The notes: generated from the sequence alone by a model not told the origin. A stretch of DNA of 45,743 nt from Candidatus Hodarchaeota archaeon (GCA_016840035.1 JAEOTC010000200.1:1-45743), one strand, 5' to 3'. Positions 1 through 10,140 are shown, numbered from the stretch's first letter. A program made the numbers and translations.

Positions 1-2
1 TA

Positions 3-356
3 GAAAATAAACCTGGTGCCTTAGCTGATTTAGGAGAAACTCTAGGTAAGGAAAAAATTAATATTGAAGGACTTTGTGGAGCTATATGTGACGGAGAGGA
101 TTTAATTCACATTTTGGTGGAGGAATCTGGAAGAGCATATAATGTTCTAGAACGAGCAGGTTTTAAAATAAAAGAACTTAGAGAAGTCATTATTTTAGAA
201 ATAAAAGAAATTGTTACTGAACCTGGCTCTGGTGGGAAACTCTTTCGCAAGTTAGCTCAAGAGAATATCAATATTGATATCATCTACCTGGCAGAAAATA
301 ATAGAATAATTCTTGGTGTAGATGACATCGAAAAAGCTAAATCAGTATTGCTCTAG
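3..356 (+). CDS. Tandem ACT-domain protein (amino-acid-binding, COG4747-like), 5' truncated by window edge
   Basis: Frame open from base 3: ENKPGALADLGETLGKEKINIEG... then a second ACT repeat EPGSGGKLFRKLAQENINIDIIY. Confidence 0.8.
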   Translation, partial: ENKPGALADLGETLGKEKINIEGLCGAICDGEDLIHILVEESGRAYNVLERAGFKIKELREVIILEIKEIVTEPGSGGKLFRKLAQENINIDIIYLAENNRIILGVDDIEKAKSVLL

Positions 357-382
357 GAAAATATACAAAGTTAGAAGGGTCT

Positions 383-853
383 TTATTTGAATAGATCCTT
401 CTTGTATGTCATCATAGTGAATCCAGGGGATTCTATAGTATCTTCCAAGGTGTATCCAAAATTTTCATATAATTTTCGTGCTGTTTTGAGGCGTTTTGCT
501 GTATGAAGATAGATTACTTTTTTCTCTTGGGAACAGACGAAATCCTCAACATGTTTAACTAATTGGGTTCCGATTCCTTTTTTTCGATGACTTTCTTTAA
601 CTCGAAGCTGAATTAAATCTGCTCGATTATCTGGTTGGATTTGGACTCCGATTAATCCTACAATTATTCCTTGGTCTTCCATTACCCAAAATTTTCCTAA
701 TTGGTCAAGATAGTAAGAATATTTCTCTTCTAATTTTTGTTTCTCGATTGAAATTTCTTCTGATTGAATTTCGGGAAAATTTTCTTTCATGAATTCATCA
801 TGTAATCTTAGAACTTGACTTTTATCCGAGTTATGATAGGGTCGAATTTTCAT
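383..853 (-). CDS. GNAT family N-acetyltransferase
   Basis: Acetyl-CoA motif A LRVKESHRKKGIGTQLV; C-terminal ARKLYENFGY. Confidence 0.9.
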   Translation of the reverse strand: MKIRPYHNSDKSQVLRLHDEFMKENFPEIQSEEISIEKQKLEEKYSYYLDQLGKFWVMEDQGIIVGLIGVQIQPDNRADLIQLRVKESHRKKGIGTQLVKHVEDFVCSQEKKVIYLHTAKRLKTARKLYENFGYTLEDTIESPGFTMMTYKKDLFK

Positions 854-871
854 TTTTTGTCTCTTAAAGTT

Positions 872-1411
872 TTAATTTACGCTTTCAGAACTTTGACTAG
901 GAGGAACCAAGTAAAATCTAGTGTTATCCTCCCAGTACACTATTTTCAATCCAGAGAATTTAAAGTTGTTGGATACGATTTTTATACCAGGTTGTAATTC
1001 TCTTTTGAATTTTTTGACTAATTTATCATTTGTTTCTTGAAGAAGGTAACATGTGATTAAGGTGGCTTCGCTTAGGTCCTTTTGGAAGAAATTCCCATAA
1101 ATAATCTTGACACGTCCTCGTAAACCTAATGCAGTGATTAGGAGCTGACACCAAATGTAACGTAAAGGATCGATTTCAATACCTACAGCCTTAGCGCCAT
1201 AATATCTGGCAGCAATTACCAGTATACGACCGTCACCACATCCTAGATCATAAACAATATCATTTGGTCCAACTGCTGCTAACTTCAACATTTTATGAAC
1301 GTCTTTCATTGATGTTGGAACCCAAGGCGCCCCCAAATTTGTTGTCCAGACTGTTGAAAATACTATCACTAAGAAGAGAAAAAAAATGAGTAATAGTAGC
1401 TCAACAGACAT
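872..1411 (-). CDS. Class I SAM-dependent methyltransferase with N-terminal TM anchor (FAM173/aKMT-like protein lysine MTase)
   Basis: Hydrophobic N-terminus, GAPWVPT, motif I YDLGCGDGRI, GIEIDP. Confidence 0.8.
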   Translation of the reverse strand: MSVELLLLIFFLFLVIVFSTVWTTNLGAPWVPTSMKDVHKMLKLAAVGPNDIVYDLGCGDGRILVIAARYYGAKAVGIEIDPLRYIWCQLLITALGLRGRVKIIYGNFFQKDLSEATLITCYLLQETNDKLVKKFKRELQPGIKIVSNNFKFSGLKIVYWEDNTRFYLVPPSQSSESVN

Positions 1412-1442
1412 ATACTCATCTATTAATTAATCTCATTTGAGT

Positions 1443-2405
1443 TTATCCTGAGAAATTCTCCGAGGCTTGAGCTATCTCATTCATTTCAGATTGATTTAAC
1501 TGAAAAGTCATTGCTCCAGAACTTTCTTGTGCATGACCAAGCTTAGTAGCTCCAGGAATTGCAACCACTGTCTCTCCATTGTAGGTGATTAACCAATTTA
1601 AAGCTACTTGACTAGGAGTGGCATTATAAGATTTTCCAATCTCGATCATCGTTTCAATTAGCTGAGTGCTTTTTTCGAGTCTTTTTTTAGCCCCTCTTCG
1701 GAAGAAAAAGAACTTTTTCTCCAGCAGAGTAGGATTTGCGTGATACTTTCCCGTTAAGAGTCCTTGTCCAAGGGGAGTATATGCTATGATAGTTATACCC
1801 AGCTCTTTCGCGGCATTGAGTATACCATTTCTTTCAATGTTTCTTCTAAGGAGACTATAATGAACTTGATTAGCAGCTAGTGGTATACCATGCTTTTCTA
1901 GCACTTCATGTGCTTCTCTCATTTGATCTTCACTGAAATTACTAACACCGATAGATTGGATTTTATTTGATTGTACAAGTGAAATCATCTCATTCATTTG
2001 AGTTTTAATTGAAGAAAAGCTATAGGGAAGATGAATCATGAAAAGATCAATCGAATAAGGATGAAGGTGCTTTATACGATCTTTAATTGATTTACGCATG
2101 TTGCGTGCACGTCTAGGGAAAGGCCTCCACTTAGTGCCAATAACTACATCTTTATCCTCAATACTGTTTACGGTTAAGGCTGCAGCCAAGGAAGATTCGG
2201 AATGACCAGATCCGTACATTTCTGCAGTATCAAAGAAATTCACCCCCCCTTCATATGCCTCCTTTATGAGAGTGTTCTTAGTTTCATCTGGGATAGCTGG
2301 CATACGCCCCCAAATAATTCCCTTTCCACCGGCCCACATCATTACTCCGATTCCAATCGGAGATACTTCAATATCAGCTTTTCCAAGTGTTCGTTTATCT
2401 ATCAA
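1443..2405 (-). CDS. Aldo/keto reductase
   Basis: FFDTAEMYGSGHSE, IGTKW, IGVSNFS, NQVHYSLL, AYTPLGQGLLTGKY, AIPGA. Confidence 0.95.
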   Translation of the reverse strand: MIDKRTLGKADIEVSPIGIGVMMWAGGKGIIWGRMPAIPDETKNTLIKEAYEGGVNFFDTAEMYGSGHSESSLAAALTVNSIEDKDVVIGTKWRPFPRRARNMRKSIKDRIKHLHPYSIDLFMIHLPYSFSSIKTQMNEMISLVQSNKIQSIGVSNFSEDQMREAHEVLEKHGIPLAANQVHYSLLRRNIERNGILNAAKELGITIIAYTPLGQGLLTGKYHANPTLLEKKFFFFRRGAKKRLEKSTQLIETMIEIGKSYNATPSQVALNWLITYNGETVVAIPGATKLGHAQESSGAMTFQLNQSEMNEIAQASENFSG

Positions 2406-2551
2406 TAGATGTCACTTTCCAACTGAGTGAGATAACTATCCTGAAGAGGTAGGGAGAGGAAGAATTCTTTTTCGTCTGAAGATTTCTCTACGTTGTTTAG
2501 CAATAATTTCAACACGTTTAGTAGCGTTTTCATTATGCGAGGTAAAGTGAG

Positions 2552-3043
2552 TCAATCAATATTTCCAAAGTTTAAACTATTTCTACTAATAGTTTCAATA
2601 TGATTTCCATAAACAACAATTTCCTCCAAAAAAGTTGCTTCTGGAATCATTTTTTTAAGATCAGTAACGCATTTAGCTTTTTCCCCTCCACCGTGCGAGA
2701 TAAATGGAATTACTTTTTTTCCAGAGAAATTATTTTCTGAAAGAAATGTTACGACTGGTGGAGCAATTGTACTATACCAATTTGGGGAGCCAATGAAAAT
2801 CACATCGAATTTTTCAATATCTTCCAGTTTTTTTCTAAGTGGTGGTTTATAATTCTTTCTGATTTCTTCTTTACTAATCTTTAATACTTCTCGATAGCTT
2901 TCAGGATACTCTTTAATTGGTTCTATGCGAAAAATTTCTCCCCCAACCATTTCGTTGATTTTAAGGGCAATTTCTTGGGTATTCTCAGAATGAGAATAAT
3001 AAGCGATCAATATCCTAGGTGAATGTGGCTCATTTGAGTTCAT
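2552..3043 (-). CDS. Flavodoxin (Flavodoxin_4-like)
   Basis: ILIAYYSHSENT FMN loop, IFIGSPNWYST, PFISHGGG. Confidence 0.9.
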   Translation of the reverse strand: MNSNEPHSPRILIAYYSHSENTQEIALKINEMVGGEIFRIEPIKEYPESYREVLKISKEEIRKNYKPPLRKKLEDIEKFDVIFIGSPNWYSTIAPPVVTFLSENNFSGKKVIPFISHGGGEKAKCVTDLKKMIPEATFLEEIVVYGNHIETISRNSLNFGNID

Positions 3044-3162
3044 TAATCATTCCTCCATATAGATTTGATTATTTTGCTTATGGCTTTAGTAAATTGTAAT
3101 TAGTGGAACCTAGTCCAATTTGCTCCATAACTAAAGGAAGTCTCTTAACTGTAAATTACACA

Positions 3163-3792
3163 TTAAATTATTCTTGAAATAACGAATTGAGTCAGATCAG
3201 TGTTAACTGTCCTTTCTGCTTTATGACTTTTTAAAATTCTCAACTTGCTTTTAGTGGTTATTGTGTAAATGACTCCAGTTTCTTTCAACAATGTATCAAG
3301 AGTTTTAGAAAGTCTTATAATGTCGTTTACCTCCGGTATATGTCGCCATTGGAACGCGTAATCAAATTTTCCAATTAATTCTCCTATGATATCTTTCATC
3401 CCTGCTAGCTCCGTAATATTTGCATTTAAAAGAGCTATTGCTTGTGATATACTTGGACCTATTAAACGAATAAAAGTTAATGCGATATCTTCTTTTTTAG
3501 ACGCTTCTAACTGTTTTAAAACATCATCCATCTTTGGATTACTTGTTGTAACCGTATAACGACATTTAAAACCGCTAAATAGATCATCTAAATATTTCAC
3601 TAATTCTAGAGAGTCCTCTGCAGAAAGAGGATTATCCCAAACGATTTCATAATCAGCAGTTTCTCCTATATATATTCCTGAACGCAAGATTCTGTCTTTA
3701 TATTTCTCAATCCTTCGTAAATTGTTCAATTCTTCAAGTGCAAAAGAGATTCCTGGACTATAAAGCTTTATTAAGGTTTTAGCTTGATTCAT
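3163..3792 (-). CDS. Hypothetical protein with two tandem copies of an ~80-aa domain
   Basis: LIKLYSPGISFA...DYEIVW...LDDLF...YTVTT aligns with FIRLIGPSISQA...DYAFQW...LDTLL...YTITT. Confidence 0.75.
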   Translation of the reverse strand: MNQAKTLIKLYSPGISFALEELNNLRRIEKYKDRILRSGIYIGETADYEIVWDNPLSAEDSLELVKYLDDLFSGFKCRYTVTTSNPKMDDVLKQLEASKKEDIALTFIRLIGPSISQAIALLNANITELAGMKDIIGELIGKFDYAFQWRHIPEVNDIIRLSKTLDTLLKETGVIYTITTKSKLRILKSHKAERTVNTDLTQFVISRII

Positions 3793-3959
3793 TCAACCAC
3801 ACCTTCAAAGACCAGAATTAATGGAATTCCTATCCTATTTAAAGTTTTGATTGTGGACTCCTTTCTCTTAGTAACGAATCCTTAAAAGCTGTAGTAATAA
3901 TCAGTGAAAATCACAAATCCTAATTACTCCTTTAGAACAAACCTGATTGAGGTCATTAT

Positions 3960-4562
3960 ATGAAAATCTGTCCAAATTGTACTGCTGAAAATGCCGATAA
4001 TGTGTCCTTTTGTATTTCCTGTGGGCAAAAAATTGAATCTATGGAAACTATTTCTACTACATATTCAGATTCCCCATTTACAGGATTCTCTTTAGATTCT
4101 GATTCGGTAAGAGTTGTATGGATGCTAGCTATTTTAGTTGGCGTAATTCTAATTATTACAGCTATTTTGCTTTCAGAGACTCTAACGAATACTGAAAATA
4201 GTACTTCATACATGCCTATAGGATTAGTAAGTGGATATGTTCTATGCCTTTTATTCGGGTTTCTGGTGTTGAGAGACGCTAAACCCAGTCAAGAATCACC
4301 ATGGGCTGCTTCGAAGAAAGTGGGAAAAATCCTCGTCGTAATCGGACTTGTAGTCTTTCTCGTAACAGGGACTCTTGGTATGAGTGATGTCGATAATGAA
4401 GCAATGAATCAAGCTATGATGCAAGGAGAGTATTATGATTTTCCACTTATTTCTGATTTGGGAGGCTCCTTCGGTTTTGGTCTGGTTTTAGCTTGGTTAC
4501 TCGGTGGTTTTGTCATTGTTTACGGTATAATGAGATATCAGCTGCAAAAAATAGAGAATTGA
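3960..4562 (+). CDS. Zinc-ribbon domain membrane protein (about 4 TM)
   Basis: N-terminal CPNC...CISCG; four hydrophobic segments. Confidence 0.8.
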   Translation: MKICPNCTAENADNVSFCISCGQKIESMETISTTYSDSPFTGFSLDSDSVRVVWMLAILVGVILIITAILLSETLTNTENSTSYMPIGLVSGYVLCLLFGFLVLRDAKPSQESPWAASKKVGKILVVIGLVVFLVTGTLGMSDVDNEAMNQAMMQGEYYDFPLISDLGGSFGFGLVLAWLLGGFVIVYGIMRYQLQKIEN

Positions 4563-4700
4563 TCTTATGATACAATTGTGATAAGATCCCGATAGCCCTC
4601 ATGAGGAGCTTTTCAATATGTTTACAATTTTGAAGTTTTCCTCTGATCAAGATGATCTTCTTGTAGGTTCTCCATCAGATCTTTAGATCTGCATTGTCCT

Positions 4701-5453
4701 TTAGTCTATCTTGTAAACTACTTTGTAAGTGCAGGCTATTTCATCCTCAGTTAAATGTGAGTATTGAGACCACATTCTTTGTACTTTTTCACCGTGAAGG
4801 CCTTGCTTCATATTTTTTACCGCTTCAACTACTTCAGGATGGAAAGCCTTACTATCTGGAATAACCTTAAATCCTAAAGAGATAAATTTATCTAATGTAT
4901 ATGATCCCCACCAATAACGCAAAGGCTTAATCTCTGGTATTGCAGTTGCATAGATTTTTTTCCATTTTTTCTTTTTGCTCCAATCTTGTAAATGTCTTAC
5001 CATGTTTCTCCCTATATTTTTACCAATATACTGTTTCCATGATATCCATTCTTTCTCCCCTTCATTTTTAACTACTTGAATGCATTCAATATCCAGTGAC
5101 CTTTGACTATCAGGAATATCTTTTAATGAAGGTGCTTTTCTGAAAAAAGCTTTAAATTTCATTAGTTTTCTTACTTCATCGGGATCTTGAATACAGAAGG
5201 ATGTGTTATTCATTTTTTCTTTAATTATTGATGGATAGAACCACAACACACCTATAATGCTATCGTTTAATTCATCATCTCGTGCTATTACCGCACACGA
5301 ACTGTATTTTGATATTATAGTTCGTAGAACATCCTTTACACCTTGTTGATTCACCTCTGATACTGGTTGACCTAAATCACTCTTAAAAACCGGTCCTCCA
5401 TGCATACATCTGCAAAGAAATAGTTTTTCATCCATCATTTCATACTTAATCAA
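4701..5453 (-). CDS. GNAT-like hypothetical protein
   Basis: IGVLWFYP, IECIQV, QYIGKNIGRNMV (motif A-like), FISLGFKV. Confidence 0.55.
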   Translation of the reverse strand: MIKYEMMDEKLFLCRCMHGGPVFKSDLGQPVSEVNQQGVKDVLRTIISKYSSCAVIARDDELNDSIIGVLWFYPSIIKEKMNNTSFCIQDPDEVRKLMKFKAFFRKAPSLKDIPDSQRSLDIECIQVVKNEGEKEWISWKQYIGKNIGRNMVRHLQDWSKKKKWKKIYATAIPEIKPLRYWWGSYTLDKFISLGFKVIPDSKAFHPEVVEAVKNMKQGLHGEKVQRMWSQYSHLTEDEIACTYKVVYKID

Positions 5454-5620
5454 ACTTATTCCTTCTATGATTCATTCAGAATATCTTGACTGCAAGGATA
5501 TTCCAAGTTTTGATAAAGGCTTTGATAGACTTCTAAATCGGATAAGCTAAATGTTGAAGTTTTCCATGAGAAATTTTACTCGTAACTTGATGTGAAGGTT
5601 CTAATTCGCTCTTTTTGGAA

Positions 5621-6613
5621 TTAGCTTTCTTGTCTTTTAACGAGATAGTCTGGAAGTGTAACCACAAATTTACAGGTGTCATTACCCATTAAAATGGATT
5701 CAACAGGTTCTACAGTTACTTCCGAATCAAGGACATACTCCCAATAATTTTTATAAAATCCAGCACTACAGTTACAGAAAATTGGATCCATTTCGAACGA
5801 TTTATCTTGTAAACCTTCCCGTACCCACGGACAGTGGCAGTAATAATATTTCTTTTTTTCTGGGTCTGTTTCGGTAATAAATTCTTTGGCCATGTAAGGA
5901 ATTTTAGTAATTATGAGTTTATTTCCTTCCCGTATTCCTGATTCAATACTAGGATTAGCTTGTACGTAATCAATTACGGATTGGTCTATTTCTTGAGTAA
6001 AGAATAATGACCCTTCATTCATGTGGTTGGTTAGGGTTTCTTTTAATTTTTTTTTCTTATAAACCAAAAATTCTGTAAAGTTATTTAATTCTAAATATTT
6101 TTCACGATCTGGTTTATAGGAATCAATATATTTATCTCTCAGGCCATTATTAAGCAGTTCTTTGCACTTTTCACGAGGAACTACAGATAAAAATTTATCA
6201 ATTAGTCGTTTAGTGATTAAAGGCCGATCCTTAGGATGAAGGCCCAATGGAGGCATCTCTCCCTCAAATATTTGATCCCTTAGTTCCTTACCAAATAACT
6301 CCTCTAATCGCGTTGAAAAATTAAACATTACCTCCCCTCCATCTATAATTTCCATAATAGCTAGTATCATGTCATTACTTTTATAGAAATAGCCTAGACG
6401 GAGTATATAAATGAAATTATCAAATATATTCTTTTTATGTTCAATAAGATAGCTAGAGAAATCATGAACATCCTGATAGGTTGGTCTATTTATAGTTGAT
6501 CCTTTTTGATCAAGAAATGAAGCAAATTCAGAAATCAGAATATTTATCTGTAATGTCGTTTCATCTGATATTCCTTGTTCTTGTAACCACTCTTTAAATC
6601 CCTGTACAGTCAT
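5621..6613 (-). CDS. Cys-rich V4R-like C-terminal domain protein (DUF6144-like)
   Basis: YYYCHCPWVR, FCNCSAGF, VESILMGNDTCKFVV. Confidence 0.65.
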   Translation of the reverse strand: MTVQGFKEWLQEQGISDETTLQINILISEFASFLDQKGSTINRPTYQDVHDFSSYLIEHKKNIFDNFIYILRLGYFYKSNDMILAIMEIIDGGEVMFNFSTRLEELFGKELRDQIFEGEMPPLGLHPKDRPLITKRLIDKFLSVVPREKCKELLNNGLRDKYIDSYKPDREKYLELNNFTEFLVYKKKKLKETLTNHMNEGSLFFTQEIDQSVIDYVQANPSIESGIREGNKLIITKIPYMAKEFITETDPEKKKYYYCHCPWVREGLQDKSFEMDPIFCNCSAGFYKNYWEYVLDSEVTVEPVESILMGNDTCKFVVTLPDYLVKRQES

Positions 6614-6738
6614 AAAATCACTCTTTATAAGAAGTTAATGTGATTGATTACCAAAATAAGATAATTTAAATGAATTTAAGCCTTTGGATAAAGGTAAGAT
6701 TTCATATTTTGATCTCAAGCTGATAAAAAGATACTTGA

Positions 6739-7692
6739 ATGTATATTATGTCTGGTGACACTCAAATGGAACTGGAAATTGGTGAATTCGTGAGAATTTC
6801 AGACCATACATTTATGGTAATAGGAGAAAGGCCTCACGGGAATGTTGGTGGAATAGCCCTAGAAAACTATTCAATTGCAATCGATTCAACTGGTAATTCT
6901 AGTGGTGGAAGAGTATTTCGAAAGAAACTGGAAGAATATTACAAATTTCCGATTAAATATGTTATATTAACCCACTATCATGGAGATCATATCAATGGAA
7001 GACAGACGTTTAAAGATATTGATCTCATTGTCTCCAATTATACTCCTACAGCTAAGAGACGATTTAAAAACGGTTTGTTTATCAAAGACGAGTATCTAAT
7101 TCAAGATGGGAGTTACACAGTAACAATATTCCATACTGGGGGTCATACAGTTGGCTCGATGTTTATCCATTTTCCAGCAGAGGATATCATTTTTGCTGGT
7201 GATTTAATCTTTGAAAATCTTTTTCCGCCATTTGGGGGTGATCCAACTTGTAATCCAGAGCTTTGGTTTCAAGCTTTAGAAAAAATAAAATCATTAAAAC
7301 CAGCTAAAATTGTCCCAGGTCATGGTTCATACCTTACAGGGGATGGAATCACTCATCATTTATCAAATTTAAAGAAACTTAGAGGTACGATTAAAGAAGC
7401 GATCAAAGAGAATCATAAACCCCATGATATTGAGATATCTGATTTTTATGGTGAATTCCATTCAAGATGGTGGTCAAGAACTCTCCCTCACTGGTTTTCA
7501 TTCTATAGTACAATTGATAAGATTCCTGGAATACTTGAGGAAATTCGATCTCGTTCTACAGACCAAAATCGTATTTTCCTGTCTAAAATGACTATAACCG
7601 AATTGAAGGTTCTGGCTAATCATCTTAAGATTAGGATTAGTGGTAATAAAAAGAATATTGTGGGTGAAATTCTAAAAAATATAAATCTCTAA
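6739..7692 (+). CDS. MBL-fold metallo-hydrolase with C-terminal SAP/Rho-N-like helical motif
   Basis: THYHGDH, GGHTVGS, FAGDL, VPGHG; tail LSKMTITELKVLANHLKIRISGNKKNIVGEIL. Confidence 0.85.
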   Translation: MYIMSGDTQMELEIGEFVRISDHTFMVIGERPHGNVGGIALENYSIAIDSTGNSSGGRVFRKKLEEYYKFPIKYVILTHYHGDHINGRQTFKDIDLIVSNYTPTAKRRFKNGLFIKDEYLIQDGSYTVTIFHTGGHTVGSMFIHFPAEDIIFAGDLIFENLFPPFGGDPTCNPELWFQALEKIKSLKPAKIVPGHGSYLTGDGITHHLSNLKKLRGTIKEAIKENHKPHDIEISDFYGEFHSRWWSRTLPHWFSFYSTIDKIPGILEEIRSRSTDQNRIFLSKMTITELKVLANHLKIRISGNKKNIVGEILKNINL

Positions 7693-7908
7693 CGGTACCA
7701 CAGCTAAAGAGCTTGAAAGAACACTGATCCTGGATAACATTCTCACTGTAAGGAAAAACTAGGAAGATACAGATCTAAATAGATGAGTATTCTTCACCAA
7801 ACTCTGCCTCATCCTTTGAAATTCAAAAAATGAAAAGAAGGATAATTTAATTATCACCATATTATCCAATGAATTAAATAAACTAACAGACTATGATTTG
7901 GTGAAGAC

Positions 7909-8406
7909 ATGACTGAAACAAAAAAATATGAAATGACAATTAAAGATAAGGCAATTTCTGTATACTTGATTGTAGGAGCTGTTGTACAATTTCTCATGAT
8001 GTTTCTTTATGGAAATTGGTTTAATTTAGACATCCTCTTCTATGTAGGGTTACTGTTTGCAGTTATTTCGGGAGTTTTGATACTATCTTCAAATGTATTA
8101 AAAGAACAAGGCGAGATGGAGAAGGGAAAAGGATTCGTAACAACGAAACTTGTAGATAGTGGAATTTATGGAATTATTAGACATCCAATTTATGGTAGTC
8201 TCTTTTATCTATTCATAGGTTTCGCTCTAATATCTCAACATCCAGTCAGTCTATTTTTTGGATTGACCATGTCACCATTCTGTTATTATTTTATGCTAGC
8301 TGAGGAAAAAATGACCATTAACAAATTTGGAGATGAGTATGTCGAATATATGAAAAAAGTCCCGAGACTTAATTTGTTAATTGGATTATGGCGCAAAATA
8401 AAGTAA
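7909..8406 (+). CDS. Isoprenylcysteine carboxyl methyltransferase / PEMT family membrane protein
   Basis: LVDSGIYGIIRHPIYG, EEKM...FGDEYVEYMKKVPR. Confidence 0.9.
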   Translation: MTETKKYEMTIKDKAISVYLIVGAVVQFLMMFLYGNWFNLDILFYVGLLFAVISGVLILSSNVLKEQGEMEKGKGFVTTKLVDSGIYGIIRHPIYGSLFYLFIGFALISQHPVSLFFGLTMSPFCYYFMLAEEKMTINKFGDEYVEYMKKVPRLNLLIGLWRKIK

Positions 8407-8526
8407 AATAGTACTTCTATTCTTTGGGACTTATAATCAATAAGAAAAAAATAAGGAAGATATATTCATATCTTCACATAGAGAAGTCTGGATTTTATTC
8501 AAAACCTGTAAAGACTTTATAAATTA

Positions 8527-8856
8527 CTATGGGGGTTTAGGATCCCACCGATATTGGTATTGGTGTTGCCATTCCAAAGCCCAGTGATGCATTGCCATCT
8601 TTGGATCTTGTTCGTCCAAAGGCCCATATTGATTTCTTTTTCCATCACCTTGATTGGGATCTCCACCGTCTTCTCCATCAGAAGGAGCAGGACAATCGTC
8701 ATCACGATCGCGATCGCGATCACGGTCTAAATCCCCATTTTGAAGACCATCACCAGGGTTATCAGGTGCAGCTAAAGCGACCCCGAGTCCTCCTGATATA
8801 AGAAGGACTACAGAGAGTAATACTAGTGTAAATAAACGAATTTTTATTTTAATCAC
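8527..8856 (-). CDS. Small secreted low-complexity protein
   Basis: Signal peptide ending ALA-A; D/G/N-rich body with DRDRDRDRDDDC; aromatic/His/Gln C-terminus. Confidence 0.65.
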   Translation of the reverse strand: MIKIKIRLFTLVLLSVVLLISGGLGVALAAPDNPGDGLQNGDLDRDRDRDRDDDCPAPSDGEDGGDPNQGDGKRNQYGPLDEQDPKMAMHHWALEWQHQYQYRWDPKPP

Positions 8857-8978
8857 CTACAATTTCTTGATTTCGGCCACAAAAATGTTTCAAATTTGTG
8901 ACTGAGATGGGTGTTTTTCCTTTATTATTAATGAAATGAGGAACATTTTTTTGCCAATCAGTTCAACACAAACTAATC

Positions 8979-9995
8979 ATGAAGAATCGTCACACCTTTA
9001 CAGAGGAAGAGCTTGAGATACCTATTGATAGTATTATACTTTCTGGGACGTTAACTCTTCCACTAAGAATAGATTCACCTCCTATTGTGATTTTACTCAG
9101 TGGCTATGGGCCCTGGGAACGGGATTCTGAAAAAGATGGCTTGAAGAAATTCCGTATTATCTCTTCTTATCTGGCCGAAAATGGAATTGCCTCATTTAGG
9201 TACGATGATCGTGGAGCTGGTAAGTCTTCTCCCGTAAAGTGGTCTGATTTCACGTTTTATGATCTTGCTGATGAAGTACAGACGATACTCCAATTTCTTA
9301 GGAGTCATCCAAAGCTACTTTCCTCTCAAATTGGCTTACTTGGGTATAGTTTGGGGGCAGCCATTGCACCTATAACAGCATCACTATCAGAAGAAGTTAG
9401 TTTTCTTGTCTTAATAGGTGCACATGGACTTATCGGGACTGAAACCGGAAGAATAACACGTAAATATATTGGCCAATCGTTAGGAGAATCTAACCAAGCT
9501 TCTGAAGAAGGAATGAGGTTTGTTTCCTCAGTTTACAATGAAATTCTTACTGATAGGGATTGGGCACAGGTACAATCAGACCTATTAAGTAATTTAGAAC
9601 AGAAATATCAGAAATTATCGGATAAAGAAAAAGGAGATTTTGCATCTGTTGAGGATTATCTAAAAACAACCTATGAAGGTTTTCTATATTCTGAAGGGAA
9701 TACACCCATGTTTCGTTCATTTCTAACGTATGATCCAATTGATTCTCTTTCGAAAGTCAAATGCCCTTCTTTACTATTTTTTGCAGAACAAGATTTCTTT
9801 CACCCTCCTTATGAGCATAAGCAGGCAATTCTAACTGCTTTCTCTGAGACAGGAAACGATTTTGTAACAGTCAAAGAGTTCCCTCAGACAACACATGAGT
9901 TTACAACAATAGAATCGCGAGTTCGAAAGGAATTTGCTCCTGGTTTTCTTCCAACAATCAGTGAATGGATAAAAAACGTAATATACAGAAAATAA
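8979..9995 (+). CDS. Alpha/beta hydrolase
   Basis: LLSGYGP, RYDDRGAGKS, nucleophile GYSLG, acid EQD, His in TTHEF. Confidence 0.9.
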   Translation: MKNRHTFTEEELEIPIDSIILSGTLTLPLRIDSPPIVILLSGYGPWERDSEKDGLKKFRIISSYLAENGIASFRYDDRGAGKSSPVKWSDFTFYDLADEVQTILQFLRSHPKLLSSQIGLLGYSLGAAIAPITASLSEEVSFLVLIGAHGLIGTETGRITRKYIGQSLGESNQASEEGMRFVSSVYNEILTDRDWAQVQSDLLSNLEQKYQKLSDKEKGDFASVEDYLKTTYEGFLYSEGNTPMFRSFLTYDPIDSLSKVKCPSLLFFAEQDFFHPPYEHKQAILTAFSETGNDFVTVKEFPQTTHEFTTIESRVRKEFAPGFLPTISEWIKNVIYRK

Positions 9996-10140
9996 CTAAA
10001 GCATTGGCATGATTACTTGTAGAAGAAGGAGCTGTCATTCGGTTTCGTGTGTTAACTGATTTTCATCACGTAATGCCTTCGTATGATTTATCTGAATGAG
10101 AAACGTGAAGGGTAAATAGGGACTTCTTGATTAGAATACA

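Noticed and set aside
2402-2554. Flavodoxin TGA followed by about 49 open in-frame codons (possible selenocysteine readthrough)
   Set aside because: The TGA falls at the normal end of the domain, not at a Cys-equivalent position; no SECIS recognised
3956-4213. Antisense 85-aa ORF over the zinc-ribbon gene, and similar short shadows (8517, 8592, 25989, 29226, 33730, 39112, 42212, 44398)
   Set aside because: Fully overlap better-supported CDSs and have no recognisable features
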